Shown one piece after another: positions 41,186 through 54,916 of a DNA stretch of 64,000 bases. This DNA is from Blasia pusilla. Lineage: Eukaryota. Both the position numbers and the translations under genes were made by a program. Positions within the stretch are counted from its first letter, which is position 1. The number at the start of each line of letters is the position of its first letter. Under the pieces are notes generated by a model. The model was given only the letters and a program-made list of their open reading frames with translations. It ran no database searches and was not told the DNA's origin. The stretch spans positions 12,648,001 to 12,712,000 of the forward strand of contig CM114271.1 in the NCBI GenBank assembly GCA_050084515.1, in the 5' to 3' direction.

Positions 41186-44100
41186 AATATCCAACATGAT
41201 ATCTTCCACATTACTAACAGTTCAATTTCACAGTGGCATCTCATGATAATGCTTCAAGGATAAAGGGTAAGGAAAAAGCAGTTTAATCCTTCCAGCCACT
41301 CACCTATATGCAGCAAGTACAACACGCTCATTTCCGGAGTCTTACATCAACTCCATACGACTCACTACTTGCAGCTATGCCACCATCTTCACCAAATGCG
41401 TCCCATCCTCAGGTAACTTATATAGCTTCTAGTGCAATTTATTTCCCTCTTTGCTACTTGTTGCTTGCACTAACATCTTTACAGACCCCAGTAACCTACA
41501 TGGACTTCGCGAGTGTGTTCGTCAATGACATTCAGACAATGCCAGAGCCATATGCAGTGCGCCGCACTCACACATCCAAAAACCTGATGAGATTCTCTAA
41601 CAATCTCGGACTCTCTCCACCATTATGGGAGAACGGTATTAGTAGTCGTCAGATACAAGGAATCATAACAGAGGGCAAGTCATGGGATGAGAAATTTTGA
41701 CTTCACAACAAGGATGCTCCTACTACAGGTACTTCCCAGTACAGTCATCCACTTCATGTTCCTTATGATTTAATTTCTCTACTTCTGTTCTTGCTGTTTC
41801 TTACTCCTTCTATGCGAGTCTTCTGGTATTCAGAAAGAGGCGCTTCGCTACAAGAAGATCGAATTCAATGAGACAACACTCACGCACACTCAAGCAAACA
41901 TGCTTTTCTCTATATCTTCAGGAGGCATAAGATTAGACTAGCTCCGAACTCTCAGACATGAGTTCCATCTACCATTAACCATGATAATATATCTTACCTC
42001 ATCAAGGGCATCTCACCTCATAAATAGGATGAAACTTGCAAGTTCCAATTGGGAGCTTCCTGATTATACCCCACCAGGTTCTGAGGATGACACTCCCCAC
42101 CTGGTTCCTATCCTACTTGACTTTGACACTATCAGTGTCAAATCTGAACCCAACTCTTCCACCTCACCAATAGATCTTACTACTTATGAGCCTGCAACTC
42201 AGATTACTTCTCCAGAAAAATGCAAGTGTGCATAGTAGACTCAGATATTTCAGTCTTTTCCAGAATTATACTTTCAGCCTTTCAGTTTTTTAGTATTTGT
42301 TACTCATATTCTAATGTTGTATTTCTCATCCTTTTTTGCAGGCACACTTCTTGAGTAGCACTTGTTACGACTTTTCCACCAAGTACCTACCACTTTTACA
42401 CCAGCACCAAGAACATCACAATGACCCTCGTACGCTTGTCATCCAAAGTGTTTGCAAGAACTGAACATGTGCCAGTTTTCTTCTTTTCAACTTGCTTTTT
42501 TTTAATATTGCATAATTTTTACTGCAATTCGTTGCACTTCTGATGTTCAATACAACTTCTATGGATTTTGAAACTCTTCTACACACTTTTCTGTTATTTC
42601 TTCACCTTTTTTGTATTATCTACTCACACTTTACAAGCATTGTTTTAAGTTTAATCAACTCTCCATTATTGTTTCTTACACAATGCACTTTATTTCCAAT
42701 CTCTCAAATTCTTTCCATTTCCACAGTACTCCTCCATACCATTCTAAAATTTTATCATAAGCATGTCCATGCAGATCAGGACAAGGATTTTGTGCCGCCG
42801 TCCTCCATTCAATCACCATATACATGGAGCTTCACGAGGTTCATAATTTAACCAGCGCCATAGTTGAACCACACTTGCATCAGTCTTCTCAAGACTCACA
42901 TGTACCACTTCACGTCTACACTAGGCTGCTTGAGAAACTAGACCAACTTCAGGACCATAACCATGCTATGAGTTCATATATCACAACGCTTACTTACTAA
43001 GTTCAAGAAGCTATTGCAAGGGTTGCGACAGCAGAATCAGCAATAGACACTTACAAGATCAACCTTTCAAGTGCTTCTGAATACTTCAAAGACTTTCTCA
43101 AGTGTAGTCCAGATCTTGTAGAAGGCAATCCAAAGTTAGAACTTGAGGCTCTCCTTATTCAGTCTCTATCGCGCACTTTCATTTGATGTAGGTAGCTACG
43201 CTACCAATTCATGTTCTATTTGCGCTTCTACATACATCATAGATATACGTCACTTCAACTATTTTCAAGTATACTCCTAGCCTACTACTTCACTATTACA
43301 GCAGACAACTTTATAGTATGTACACATATTGTACATGAATTTTGTTCATTATGTTTTCAGAGCACTATACCTTTTTCAACAAGCTTTTCATACAATGTCT
43401 CTTATATGTTTCATTATCTACTACATTCAGGAATGATTTCATTCCCTACTATTATACTTTACTTCTTACATTAAGTAATCCTTACTCCTAATTTTTCTTA
43501 TGTTATCGCTGTTTGAACTTTGCTGTCCATATTTTCCAACCTGATTATGCACACTTAACCCTGCACTTTGTACATTGCAAATTGATTTACATACTATGCA
43601 AATTGAACTTAGTCTTTTATCTTAGTGTCTTGGAGCTCATTGTCCATATCCCATGTGATGCAGGTTACAATGCATGTTTCCATTCCTACTTTACAACTTC
43701 CACATTCCAAAGAACCTGAACCTTGTCCACTTACTACTTTAATCTTTCTCTACAATATCACTTGCTGAATTACACCATACAAACCTCTCAACACTACCTA
43801 CATACTCTAGTGGTCTATAAGGAGCTATTCATCTCACTTCACAATCTTCATATCTTCCATGTCTTAGATTCCTTTTTCTATACACAATTACTTCATGAGT
43901 TTTATTATAAACCATTTCCCCCCTCTATCATATTTACATAGTTGTCGTTGTACACACATATTATATACAACCTTATAATCTTTATTTTTACTACAAACTA
44001 CACTTCAATGATCCCTTCGATATCACCTTCAAATTAACATTATCAACTTAGTATACGTGATTAACTGAAAATACCTTTCCGATTAGTTATATTTTATCTT

Positions 44101-44585
44101 GATCACCTTTTCACCGGCTTCAATTAATTTTATCCCACACAAAAAATATTTACAAACTCCATCAAAATTACCCACCAACAACTCAAATTCATCCACCTCC
44201 TTACTTTTCTAGTTCAAAACTATTTTCATATTTTCTCCCAACACAATCAAGTCCTTATTAAACAATTTATTACGAACCTACCATCTCTAGCCTTATGTCA
44301 ATGTAGTGGCCGCACACTTGTTAGTAATGGGTGGACGGAATGAGGAAAAAAGACGAGTGTTTGTAGGGGCGTATTTGTAAGTCAATACACATTTCGGAAG
44401 GGTTTTAGGGGTCGGAGGTTTAGGGCTTGCTTGCAAATGCAAACCGAGCACAACAGTTTGCTGAGCAGCGGCAGGCTGGAGAGGAATTGAATGAGCAGGA
44501 AGGAGGAAAGAATACTCGCGAAGACGGAGAGAGAGAGGGAGAAGGGAATCGAATTTGAGTGCTAGAGGCCGTAGTGATTGTCGAG

Positions 44586-47500
44586 ATGACGAAGAGGGCG
44601 AAAACGTCCAGGAAGGGGAAGAAACAATGGCGTGCGAATATCAGCACTGCGGAAACGGACGAGTTTTTAGCCAAACAAGCACTGGAGGATCGAAGCGGAG
44701 GGCCCGTCGAGTCGCTTCCCAGCGACTCGCTTTTCTTCGTGGATAAATCCAAAGGTAATTTGTCTATCTATTGTTTTCGCTTGCTGCCCTCTGAGAGTGG
44801 CACTGTTTCTGGGGTTTGGGGTTAAACGGGAGGGACTGCACATCAGAGCATAGCAGTTTCAACGTGAATTTCTCTGTGGAATTTTTGTACATTATAGTCT
44901 AAGCTTCGACCTTCTCTAAGACCTCGAATTGGGGTCGTTAGCTCGGTAGTTAGGGGTAGCTGCTTGGCTTTGATTGGCTGGTATCGATATATTTTATGAA
45001 TCTCCTGAGAAATTGGGGGCAGTTTCTGGTCAATACCAGAAGCAATTGTTCCTCAGTCATTCCTATGAATTTCATCAGTAGCATGGACTGTCATATTTAC
45101 AACTCCTTCTGGGACAAGATTTTATCTCCGGGGAGACGGCTTATCTCCATCATGTTTATCGATGTCTGAAATTGTTGGGATCAGACACAACCATCGAGAA
45201 GAAGACGAAGAAGCACCAGAGTAAGACACTGCATTTCGAAAGTATTTTGCAACGGAATTCGTTAATATCACCGTTACGGGCGGCTCTCAAGTCAAAACAT
45301 AAGCGGAAAGATCGCGATGTTGCCAAGCCTCCAAGGAAGGACAAGCCTGTACCTATGCCAGTTGCCAATTTGGTAGGTGGGAACCTGTCAACTTAATTTT
45401 CTGTTTTAAGTCCATACTTTTAGGATCCCCTGTCAAATGGAATGGGTTTGCTGGTCTTCCTCTCAGCATGCCTGCAAATCTGCTCTGGGTGATTTAGTGG
45501 ATCGAAAGTAAGTGTTCTAGACACTCCTGTATTGCTCCATTGCATGATAGATTGGATGGTGGCCCTTTGACAGGATAATACGGAAGTAGTGAAAGGTGTC
45601 AGTGACGCATGGGAGGATCAAGGTTTGCCTCTAGCTCTTTACCTTGCTGGACATCCAGGGTTTGGAAAACAATAGCTCAGTTTTCATCCTCATCTTCTTA
45701 CAGAACAAATGCAATGTATGTCCTTGATGAGATAAAAAAATTCCTTCTGCTTCAAGAGGATCATCAGAGTTCCTACTACACATCTTGACTGCATATCATT
45801 TTGTTACAGGTGACAAGATTGATAGCACAGAATTGGGCACATCAAATTCAAAGGTTTGTGTTCTACTAGAAAATATATCAGGATTATCATGGACTTTGTT
45901 AAAGTGCATTCCAAATCAATCTTGCGTTTTTATATCTATTTGCAATCATACCAACTGTAACAAGTGCTAGGTTGTTTATGTTTCAGCAGACTAGGAGTAA
46001 GAAGCATCCTGCCTCAAAGAGGGCCCGAGTGGAAGCTCCTGCAGTTGAAGTGGATGCAGCAGGGTGCTCATATAATCCAACATTTAATGACCATCAGGTA
46101 GGGAAAGGTCAGAAGATTTTGAACGTTAAGTCCATAGACGCTCAAAATGGAATGGCATTGTGTTTAGGCAGAATGAAAACCTTGAATTGATGACCACTCT
46201 GATTCTTTCCTCTCTCTGCCAGGAAGAATTTTTTTTTGGGTTGTTTTCAATGAAAGTGGGTTGCCATGGTAGTGAATGCCATGGAAACTATAAGTCATGG
46301 CTGGTATTCATGAAGTAGATTTGAAGAGCATCTTACCCAAATTATGGTGGGGCTAGAAGGTGAGACCCAACTATATCATATTATGTGTCATTTTTATGGA
46401 AACAGGAAGCTCTAGGGTTGGCAGTAGCTCATGAGATGGAGAAGGTGTTCAAGAAAGAATTGGAGCCTAGAGGGGTCCCGAGAAGTGTGGCTGGCTTACC
46501 AATTGATGAAGAGGAAGTAAGTAAAGCACAAGTTCTATCTATTTACATGTCAATGAGGTGTTTGTGTTTGTTCTTTCAGGCTCTCCATCACATTTGTCTT
46601 TCTGTTGCAGTTCCTTTGAGTGTGATGAGATAATATGTTTGTAATCCATGCTGGTGGAATTGCTGGCAAACCATCAATGGAACATGCAGGCATTCTTTCT
46701 TGATGTCGATACTAGGGAGGGAGATGATGAGGATGACGAGGAAGGATCTTCTGGAAATGCTGACGGGCAATCCTCAGGGTCCAGGTTGTTTCCAGATTCT
46801 CTTGCAACATAGATAAGAAATTTTAAACAAGAACTCCGTGAAGGTGTTCATCTGTAGACGTTTTCATTGTGGATGTCGAACTCACATATGGGAGAGATGT
46901 TGCTGTTTCATATCATTTATTTGTGTCCAGGGCATTTGGCCTGATTTTGATGTCATTGGGTTGGGATGTCTCTTCAGCAAGAAGGCCACTGGCAAAGCTT
47001 CAAGTAGGCTCTCAAGGTCAGACAATATGTAGATGAAACAAAGTTATTCTATTCTCGTGCAAATGTAATTACTCAAATGTATTCTTGTGGTGCAGGGCAG
47101 TGAAGCTGAAAAAGTTGACTCGCGCAGAGCTCAATAGGAAAGAGAGGAGACGGCAAAATTCTCGGGTGGAGAGTCAAAAGAAGAAACTTTTGAAACTCAA
47201 GAAAGATATTCTTAGGTAAGCTATTCGTTAACCTTTCCCTGAGATTTGCTCAAAATTTCTGCAGAGTGATCGTATGCCACATTGCTTGTGCAAATGTTCA
47301 GTTAGGTTGTCTCTTGCAGCCACCAATTTTTCTCTGAACTTAGACTTCATTAGGTGAAGTCTTCAGTGAGAAAAGATCCATGAGCATTGTATGATGTGTC
47401 ATTTCCATGTTTGAAACAGGTTACCAGAGATTGAAGAAGACATTGCTGCTGAAATTCAGGAGAAAGAAAAGCGTTATGCCCGCAAGACTATCTCTAGAGA

Positions 47501-50500
47501 AGAGAGGCGGGCGCAAGAGCCTCCACGTCTCGGAAAGTACAAGTGCGTCTCCTATGGTTTAGCTCACAAATAAAGCTCACATGCCTTTGTCTTCTCTTGT
47601 TCACTTTTTGGGACTATTCTGTAGGTTGTCGTAAGATCACCTACTTACTATTCATGAGTGGTGTGTACCAGGTTCACTCCAGAGCCTGTTCAGGTGCTCT
47701 TGACAGAGGAGGTGACTGGTTCCCTGAGACAAATAAAGGTGAGTAATTCCCCACTGGTTTTGTTTAGATGCAAGTATTGACAATTCTCTGAATTCACCCA
47801 CCCAAATTCTGTTATTTTGAAGCATTGAATGTTGTGGTTCTCCTCTTGGTGGTATTCCAATCAGTTTCTGTGCTTTGTGAACAGGGCTGCTACACTCTTG
47901 CAAGGGAGAGATTTAAAAGTTTTCAGCGACGGGGTATTCTGGAACCACGTGTGAAAGTCAGGTGAGATACAGATCCTGACAAAGCAGGATATGAAGCAAA
48001 TACACAGCTGGTGTTGGAGAGACTGTACTTTTAAGTAGTGCCTGTCATAGCCTTGCGACCATAGACCCCGTGCCCTGGTTGGGCGGTGCTTGAGACTGGG
48101 ATGGGTGTAAAGAGAGGAAGATGTGAGGAAGGTACCATATGAGAGGAGGGAGACACTCTCATATAGTGTGAGTGCTGACCAAACAACGTGTTTGTGCGGA
48201 GCTTCCAAGTGTCAACCAAGAAACTCTTCACCACAGTGAGCGCAGCGGTGCGGGGGGCGGCTGCTGTGTGCGTCTCACCGTGGGGATCGATCGAGAGCGC
48301 GCTCGCTTTCTTCATACACGAACGTCCTGACTGACAGAAGATTTTGGATCGGGGTCGAGATCTAGATACCGAAAGACAGAGAAGAGAGAAGAGAGAGACG
48401 CGAAGAATTAGGTGAAAGGGAAAAAAGTTTTCGAAGAGGGAGAGAAAGAGAGAGAGTAGACCTAAGTGGTGGAGGTGGAGGCGAGAGGGGAGAATGAAGG
48501 GGTAAGAGAGTGGAGTCGAGGAGGAAGAGGAGGAGGAGGAGGAACCATCTACTTTACCTGATTGGGATCCCCAATAGACATTACTTACCAGTGCAGCAGA
48601 TTTGGGCAATGAATCAAGGCTACTGAATGTGGTGAACAACTCTGGTGTTACCAGCTTAGCAATATCAGCATATGGTCTTGCTCTGCGTGTTGTGAGTTTT
48701 GTGCAGGAGACCAAGTAGTGACTAGAGGTTTCATCCCCATCGTCACACAAGGCGCAAGAGATTAGTTGTGTTCCCATCCTACTTTTCTTACGCGTCAAGG
48801 AGATGGCCCCTGTTAACTTGAACTTCAGCCGGGTTCCCAAGCTAGGGGTTCCCCACGAATAGTTCTTCAGTTCTGCCTTTTCAGGATACACCGTCAAGAG
48901 AGACTCTACTCATTAAGTAGTGCCTGTCGTAGCCTTGCGACCATAGACCCCGCGCCTTGGTTGGACAGTGCTTGAGACTGGGATGGGTGTAGAGAGAGAA
49001 GCAAGTGAAGAAGGTACTATATGAGAGGAGGGAGACACTCTCATATAGTGTGAGTGCTGACCAAACAACGTGTTTGTGCGGAGCTTCCAAGTGTCAACCA
49101 AGAAACTCTTCACCACACCATCTACTTTACCTGATTGGGATCCCCAGTAGACATTACTTACCAGTGCAGCAGATTTGGGCAATGCGAGAGAGAGACTGTA
49201 CTCATTAGGTAGTGCTTGTCGTAGCCCCTTGCGACCATAGACCCCGCGCCCTGGTTGGACGGTGCTTGAGACTGGGATGGGTGTAGAGAGAGAAGCAAGT
49301 GAAGAAGGTACCATATGAGAGGAGGGAGGCACTCTCATTTAGTGTGAGTGCTGACCGAACAATGTGTTTGTGCGGAGCTTCCAAGTGTCAACCATGAAAC
49401 TCTTCACCACACCATCTACTTTACCTGATTGGGATCCCCAATAGACATTATTTACCAGTGCAGCAGCTTTGGGCAATGAATCAAGGCTACTGAATGTGTT
49501 GAACAATTCTGGTGCTACCAGCTTAGCAATATCAGCATATGCTCTTGCTCTGTGAGTTGTGAATTTTGCGCAGGAGACCAAGTAATGACTAGAGGTTTCA
49601 TCCCCATCGTCACACACGGCGCAAGAGTTTAGTTGTGTTCCCATCCTGCATTTGTTATGGTTCAAGGGGATTGCTCCTGTTCTGAACTTGAACTTGAGCC
49701 GGGTTCCCAAGCAAGGGGTTCCCCGCAAATAGTTCTTCAGTTCTGCCTTCTCGGGATATACCGTCAAGAGAGAGAGGTCAGACATTTTCATGGTTTCCTC
49801 CATGCTGTTCTGCTGTGAGCGTTTGCCCTCTGCTTTGGTTATGGTATCCACGAATGCTTTCTCATTTCGCTCCCACAGTTCAGGCCCTGCTGGGAGCTTG
49901 GAAGCTTGCACAATCTCTTGAACCTTTTTCGTCCAAGATTTGGCCTGCTTTACGGGTCTTCTTTGGGTCCAGGTTTTCCCCATCACCTCTTTAGGATAGC
50001 GATGGGAGTCCATTGTCTCCAGCTGCCTCCGCCATTTCAACTTGGCAATGTCACGTCTATCCTCCAAGGGTTCCACACCTAGTTCTGATCTCACACCAAC
50101 TCGGAGTGTTCGTGATGAGGTTGACATCATACCCCGAAACGCCTTCAGCTGCACAGCTTCAAGCCTATCCCTTTTTTTGGTGTTGGCATCCCACACTGCT
50201 GCCCCGTATTCCAGCGAGGGACAAACGGTATGCAAAATGACAGAGCGCTTCACTTCTGATGTGATATCCCGGCAGTGTAGGAATCTGGACAGACCGTTCA
50301 CCTTCTTGTGGCCTTTCTCAGTAGTCTTCTTAATGTGTACATCCCACATGCAATCTTCCGAGAATTCTATGCCCAGATAGGTGTATGTAGCCACACGGGG
50401 GATCTCTTGTTCGCCCCAGTACCACTGTTGGTCTTGGTCCTCCTCCTTGCCATTGAAAATCATCACACCGCACCTCAGTACATTTGCCTCCATGCCCCAC

Positions 50501-53500
50501 ATGTCACACCAGATTTTGGTCAGGGAGATCATCTCTTGGAGTTTCTCTCCTGTTTCCTCGAGGCCACCAAAGTCAACAGCAAACATGAGGGCAACAACAG
50601 AGCGGTTACCTACCCGTATGCCTAGTCCACTATCCTCCATTTCTTCCAATAGGGTATTCACGAAAATGTCGAAGAGAGTGGGGGAGAGCGGGCATCCTTG
50701 AGCCACTCCTTGCTTGATGTCGAATGTCCCACTCTTTTGGCCATTCACCAGAACTCTACTCCTTGTGTTCTGGTACATCTTCTCCACCACCCTCCACATT
50801 TTCCCTCTCAGCCCCGCCTTCCACAAGCTATAAGCTAGCCCATCACACCATACAGTGTCGTATGCCTTCTTGAGGTCCAAGAAGAAGCAATAGGTGGGTT
50901 TCCCCTTTTTTTCCCTACCCTGGATAATCTGACCGAAGGTGAAGATGTGATCCATGCATCCTCGGGCTTGGCGGAAACCAGCCTGGCCTTCTTTGATGAC
51001 AGAATTCTCCTCCAGGTACACAGAGATCCTATTGTAAGTATACGGCAGAGGAGCTTCCCGACTTCACTCAGCAATGTAATACCCCTGTCGTTTGCAGGGT
51101 CTTCTTGCTCACCCTTCTTGACGAGGTTCACAATGACTCCCATCCGCCACCTTTGTGGAATGACTTCTGCCCGCCAGACCATGTTGAAGAGACTCAATAG
51201 AGAATGAGCCATATCAGCGTCACACTTCAATAGCTCATTCACAAGCTCATCACCACCGCCTGCTTTGTGGTTCACAAGTTCTTTGATCGCTGCTCCCACC
51301 TCAGCCAGGGAGAACCAAGTGGTATATGGGTTTCCCAGCTCAACCTCATCATCTACCTTCTCCCGTTGTATCTTAACATCCTCCACCACCTTCTCGAAGT
51401 TCTGCTCTTCAAGGGATGTCTGAGGGGGCTTCCTGCCTGCCTCCTTGTAATGGTCTTCCATCACATGTCAGATCTGTTTAGCAGCAATCACCATCGCACG
51501 GTCTTCTCTTCAGGGCCTTTAGGTCGTTTTGGTCCTTGGCCTTGCTCAATTTATGCACTTCCATGGAGAACTTTTTCTGATTCTCAGTGAAATTCTCATT
51601 GATGGATGAGTAGGTCGCTTGGTAGAGGAGACAGGTTTCTTGCGCAGGGCCACATATTCTGCCCACAAGGATGCATTGTCCTTGGCCTTGGCACATGCGA
51701 CATGTGCTTCTCTTTGTTTGGCAATGGCTGCCTTGAGTTCCAAGGACCACCATTGGACGGCTCTGCCACAGATAATCAATTTCCTGCCAACAGCAATGTC
51801 AGTGGCATCTGTCACTCCGTGCGACCACCATACCAGCACCATGTCCACAGTTGTTCTTGTGAACCCAAAGGTCTTGATGGTAGATTCAATGAAAATGTCA
51901 AATGCCAAGAGATTTTGTTCCAGCTTCCTAATGTACACCTTCTTGTTCCCCTCATGTTGGAAGTCCTCTATCCTCCATTTCTCAATCACTCTCTTTACCA
52001 GTTTGGTCGAGCATTTTAGTCTTCACTGCAACTCTGTCCAGACCAACGAATGATCTGATCTTCCAATGTCTGTCGCATCCACTGTGATCTTCCCACTGCG
52101 TGTGTTGAGTTCCTTATCCACAGCTATCTAGTCCACAATGGAGCTTTCATTCTCCTTGAAATCGACCGTAGTCCAAGCTGGGGAACCCAGCTTATGCCTA
52201 TCATTCTGTGCCATCAGTTGAAGTTCCCTCAACATCGTGATCAGCCGCGGCCACTGCCATTCACTCTCACATCTCCAAACATCCCGATCTCCTCTTGGGG
52301 ATCAGTGCCTTGCCCCACCCAGTTGTTGAAGTTTCCCAGCAAGACTATGTTCCCCTTAGTCTGAAACCCAAGGCAATCAGTTTTCACACTATCAAAGGTT
52401 GCCTCTGTTACAGCAGCAGATTCACTGTTTGTGGGCATGTAAATACACCCAATATACATATCCCTCGAGTTGCACGCTGCTCGGACTTTATGCCATATGC
52501 TGTGTTCATACTCGAGCCCTGTGTGCTGATGATCTCACAAGTGTCCACCATGAAGTCTCTGATGAAGAAGCCGACACCCTTCATACCTCTATTGTTGCCG
52601 GCCTGGGTGCTGCACATCTTTCCAAACCAAGCATAGTGTGGTACAGGGGGTATCTCTATTAACTTGGTTTCCCAAGTTTCCTGACCACTGCATGTATGGA
52701 TTTGATTTTTCAGCAAAACACCAGCAACCTCAAGCTACTTCATTGGATAGGTCTGTCCACAAAAGTTCCAGGTGCCCAAATGGAGACCTGTCACAAGTGG
52801 GTTGGGGGTTGGCGTGCACTCTTTTGGCGTAGGTGTGTCTGCTTGCAACATGGAACCTCTTCATGTGTAGGCTCTTCATTGCTGGTTCCTTGGAGAGCAC
52901 TAAAGATATTAGGTGTGTAGATCACCAGCCGTTTTGTGGAGATGGGCCTTTCCTTCAAACTGGAACCACCCTCAACTACCACAGCCCTCCAGTTGTAGGG
53001 ACGTCTCAGTTCCGGAGACATCTGGTTTTTGTGGCAAGCCAAGTATTGGCCTCCTCTGCCCTTGATAGTCACCTGGAAGATACATTGACTGCCATTCATC
53101 ATCCCAGTAACCCCAGGTCTAGCCAAGAATTCAAAGCCCAAAACTGCGGACATTATCTTAAATGAGACGAAGTCTACTGTGGGACGTACACGGAAAATGA
53201 TCATGTTGAACCGTGGTCTCCTCCCAGAGACCACTTAGAACTCTCTGTCAGATCCAGACCGCAGGGGGCCTTCAAGTGTCTCACATAAACATGCCGGTAT
53301 TCCCCACCCAGCTTGGGGATGCCAAGCTTTGGTATGCACCTTTGATAGGTGACCTGATACTCCTCACAATCTTGATAGGACGGAGATATGTTGGGCTCAA
53401 GGCCGCTGATTATATGTTGAGGTCTGGCAAGCAACTGATTTAAGATTTGGGGGGAATGTTTAGGGAGAAACAGTCAGAAATTGATTTTTCTCAATAAGTT

Positions 53501-53685
53501 TTGATAGAATGGTTTAGTGCTTCCTGAGGACAAGTCTGTATTTTCTTTCTTGCAGCAAAAAAGAGCGAAGGAAAGGTGTTCTTTACGAGCAGGGCTCCAG
53601 GGGTGCCAAGGAGCGTGAGATGCATGCTGCAAGGGAGGCAGAGCGTGCGGCTGGCAAACAATCACTTGCTGTGATTCCACTTTAG
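44586..53685 (+). CDS. NOP53: Ribosome biogenesis protein NOP53 (GLTSCR2/PICT1 family), 12 exons
   Basis: GT-AG exons with consistent phase: 44586-44754, 45185-45372, 45574-45622, 45810-45853, 45987-46097, 46406-46516, 46690-46784, 47096-47215, 47420-47542, 47672-47738, 47885-47961, 53556-53685 (TAG). Hallmarks: SRKGKKQWRANI, LFFVDK, PAVEV...SYNP..DHQ, PPRLGKYKF, LTEEVTGSLR, RERFKSFQRRGILEPR. Confidence 0.93.
48019..53450 (-). mobile_element. RTE/RTEX-type LINE (APE + RT + CCHC) antisense in the last NOP53 intron, with three tandem 3' ends; 5' boundary approximate
   Basis: APE motifs GTWN, QETW, LLGNFN, GRSDH (52030-52790); RT in ORFs 50835-51464 and 49339-51021; 3' UTR/tail repeated at 48019, 48900 and 49190. 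Confidence 0.9.
49339..51464 (-). pseudogene. LINE reverse transcriptase with C-terminal CCHC finger
   Basis: RGITLLS, QAGFR, FLDLKKAYDTV, GVAQGCPLSPTLF, YTYLG, CAVCDDGDETSSHYLVSC. The catalytic F/YADD reads FAVD and there is a frameshift near 51030, so it is probably inactive. Confidence 0.9.
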
Positions 53686-54916
53686 GACTCTTCTGGAAGG
53701 ATTGATGGCATCAGTCAATGACGAAAGTGGTTAGGGGATATGGGCTCACCCAAAGGAGCTGAGTTAAGATGCTCCCTGCACAACTTGCTGACAAGGCAGC
53801 AGTGGGGACCTTGCTTACCTACAGAGGTGCCTTGAAATTATTTGTCAGTAGTATTTCAGTTCTCTTAAAAGAACCTTCAGTTTAGTGAAGAAATTTGATG
53901 CCATAGTTTATATTGGCGCCGGTTTCTGTTTCATGTCCTTACAACTCTACACTTGTTTACCAAGTCAAAATTTGGTTTTCTGGTAACCGAAGAGGCAGTA
54001 TTAACCTTTGCTGACACCCAAGACTAGCTTCTGAGTTTAGTGAAGTAAAATGTAGTGATAGTAGAGTTCAATGTTCTGCGTTTATTATGATGAAGGCAGA
54101 GCTGCAATTTTGTTAGCTGAGGATTCTTCTGAGATGAAAGTGTTATTTAAAGGTTTGAAAGTTGAAAGCTGTCACCAGATCTGGACCCTATTTGTAATCC
54201 TGTGGAAGAGGGTCGTGGTGGAAATGCTTGAATGTACTTCTCTCAACCCAATTCTAGGCTATCCAGCACTCCAACAGTGGTGGATATACTTCAATGGAAT
54301 TCTTCCCACAGTTAAGAAACTTCAACGCAGAAGGATTCCCCTGGATCTTCAAGGACGTCAAATTTGGTCAAATCCGAGAATCCTGCTAGTCATCACCCTT
54401 TGCCCTCCCGTAACGAATGAGCAAATGTATCCATGAATTCGGGTACGTATCATTCTGTGTAGTAGTGAATGATTTCAACATTATGGACCAAATCGTGGGG
54501 ACTAGAGGACTAAACCCCTAGTGTAAAGGAAGACCCTTCACCTACCGTTAAACACTCTTCAAATTCGGTAAAACACTTCCCTCCCACGATTATCTTCAGT
54601 GTCCGTTTTTGACAGGGGAGTACTAGATGCACTGCGTATGTGCACCACGCAAGCGCATCTCTGTCTAGTACGTGGAAACGTCTACCAGTCACATAGGAGT
54701 GCAAAGCTGTCACTAGTAAAGATATATTCCATATGTAGTACGGTGCATGATCATATCTAGTCGCCATAGACCTGACTTCTTACTAATGTGTGTTCCATTG
54801 CGAGCTGAAATATAGAGGTGTACTACGACGATTCTCCGGGTGTGGCACCATAATAAGGGTGTATCTTTGTCACTTTGTGTACTATGTCAAGCTTTTACAT
54901 TGTCTCTTTTTGGTGT

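Noticed and set aside
48031-48897. 288-aa ORF as a novel gene
   Set aside because: It is a truncated LINE C-terminus plus a low-complexity insert and 3' UTR read-through.
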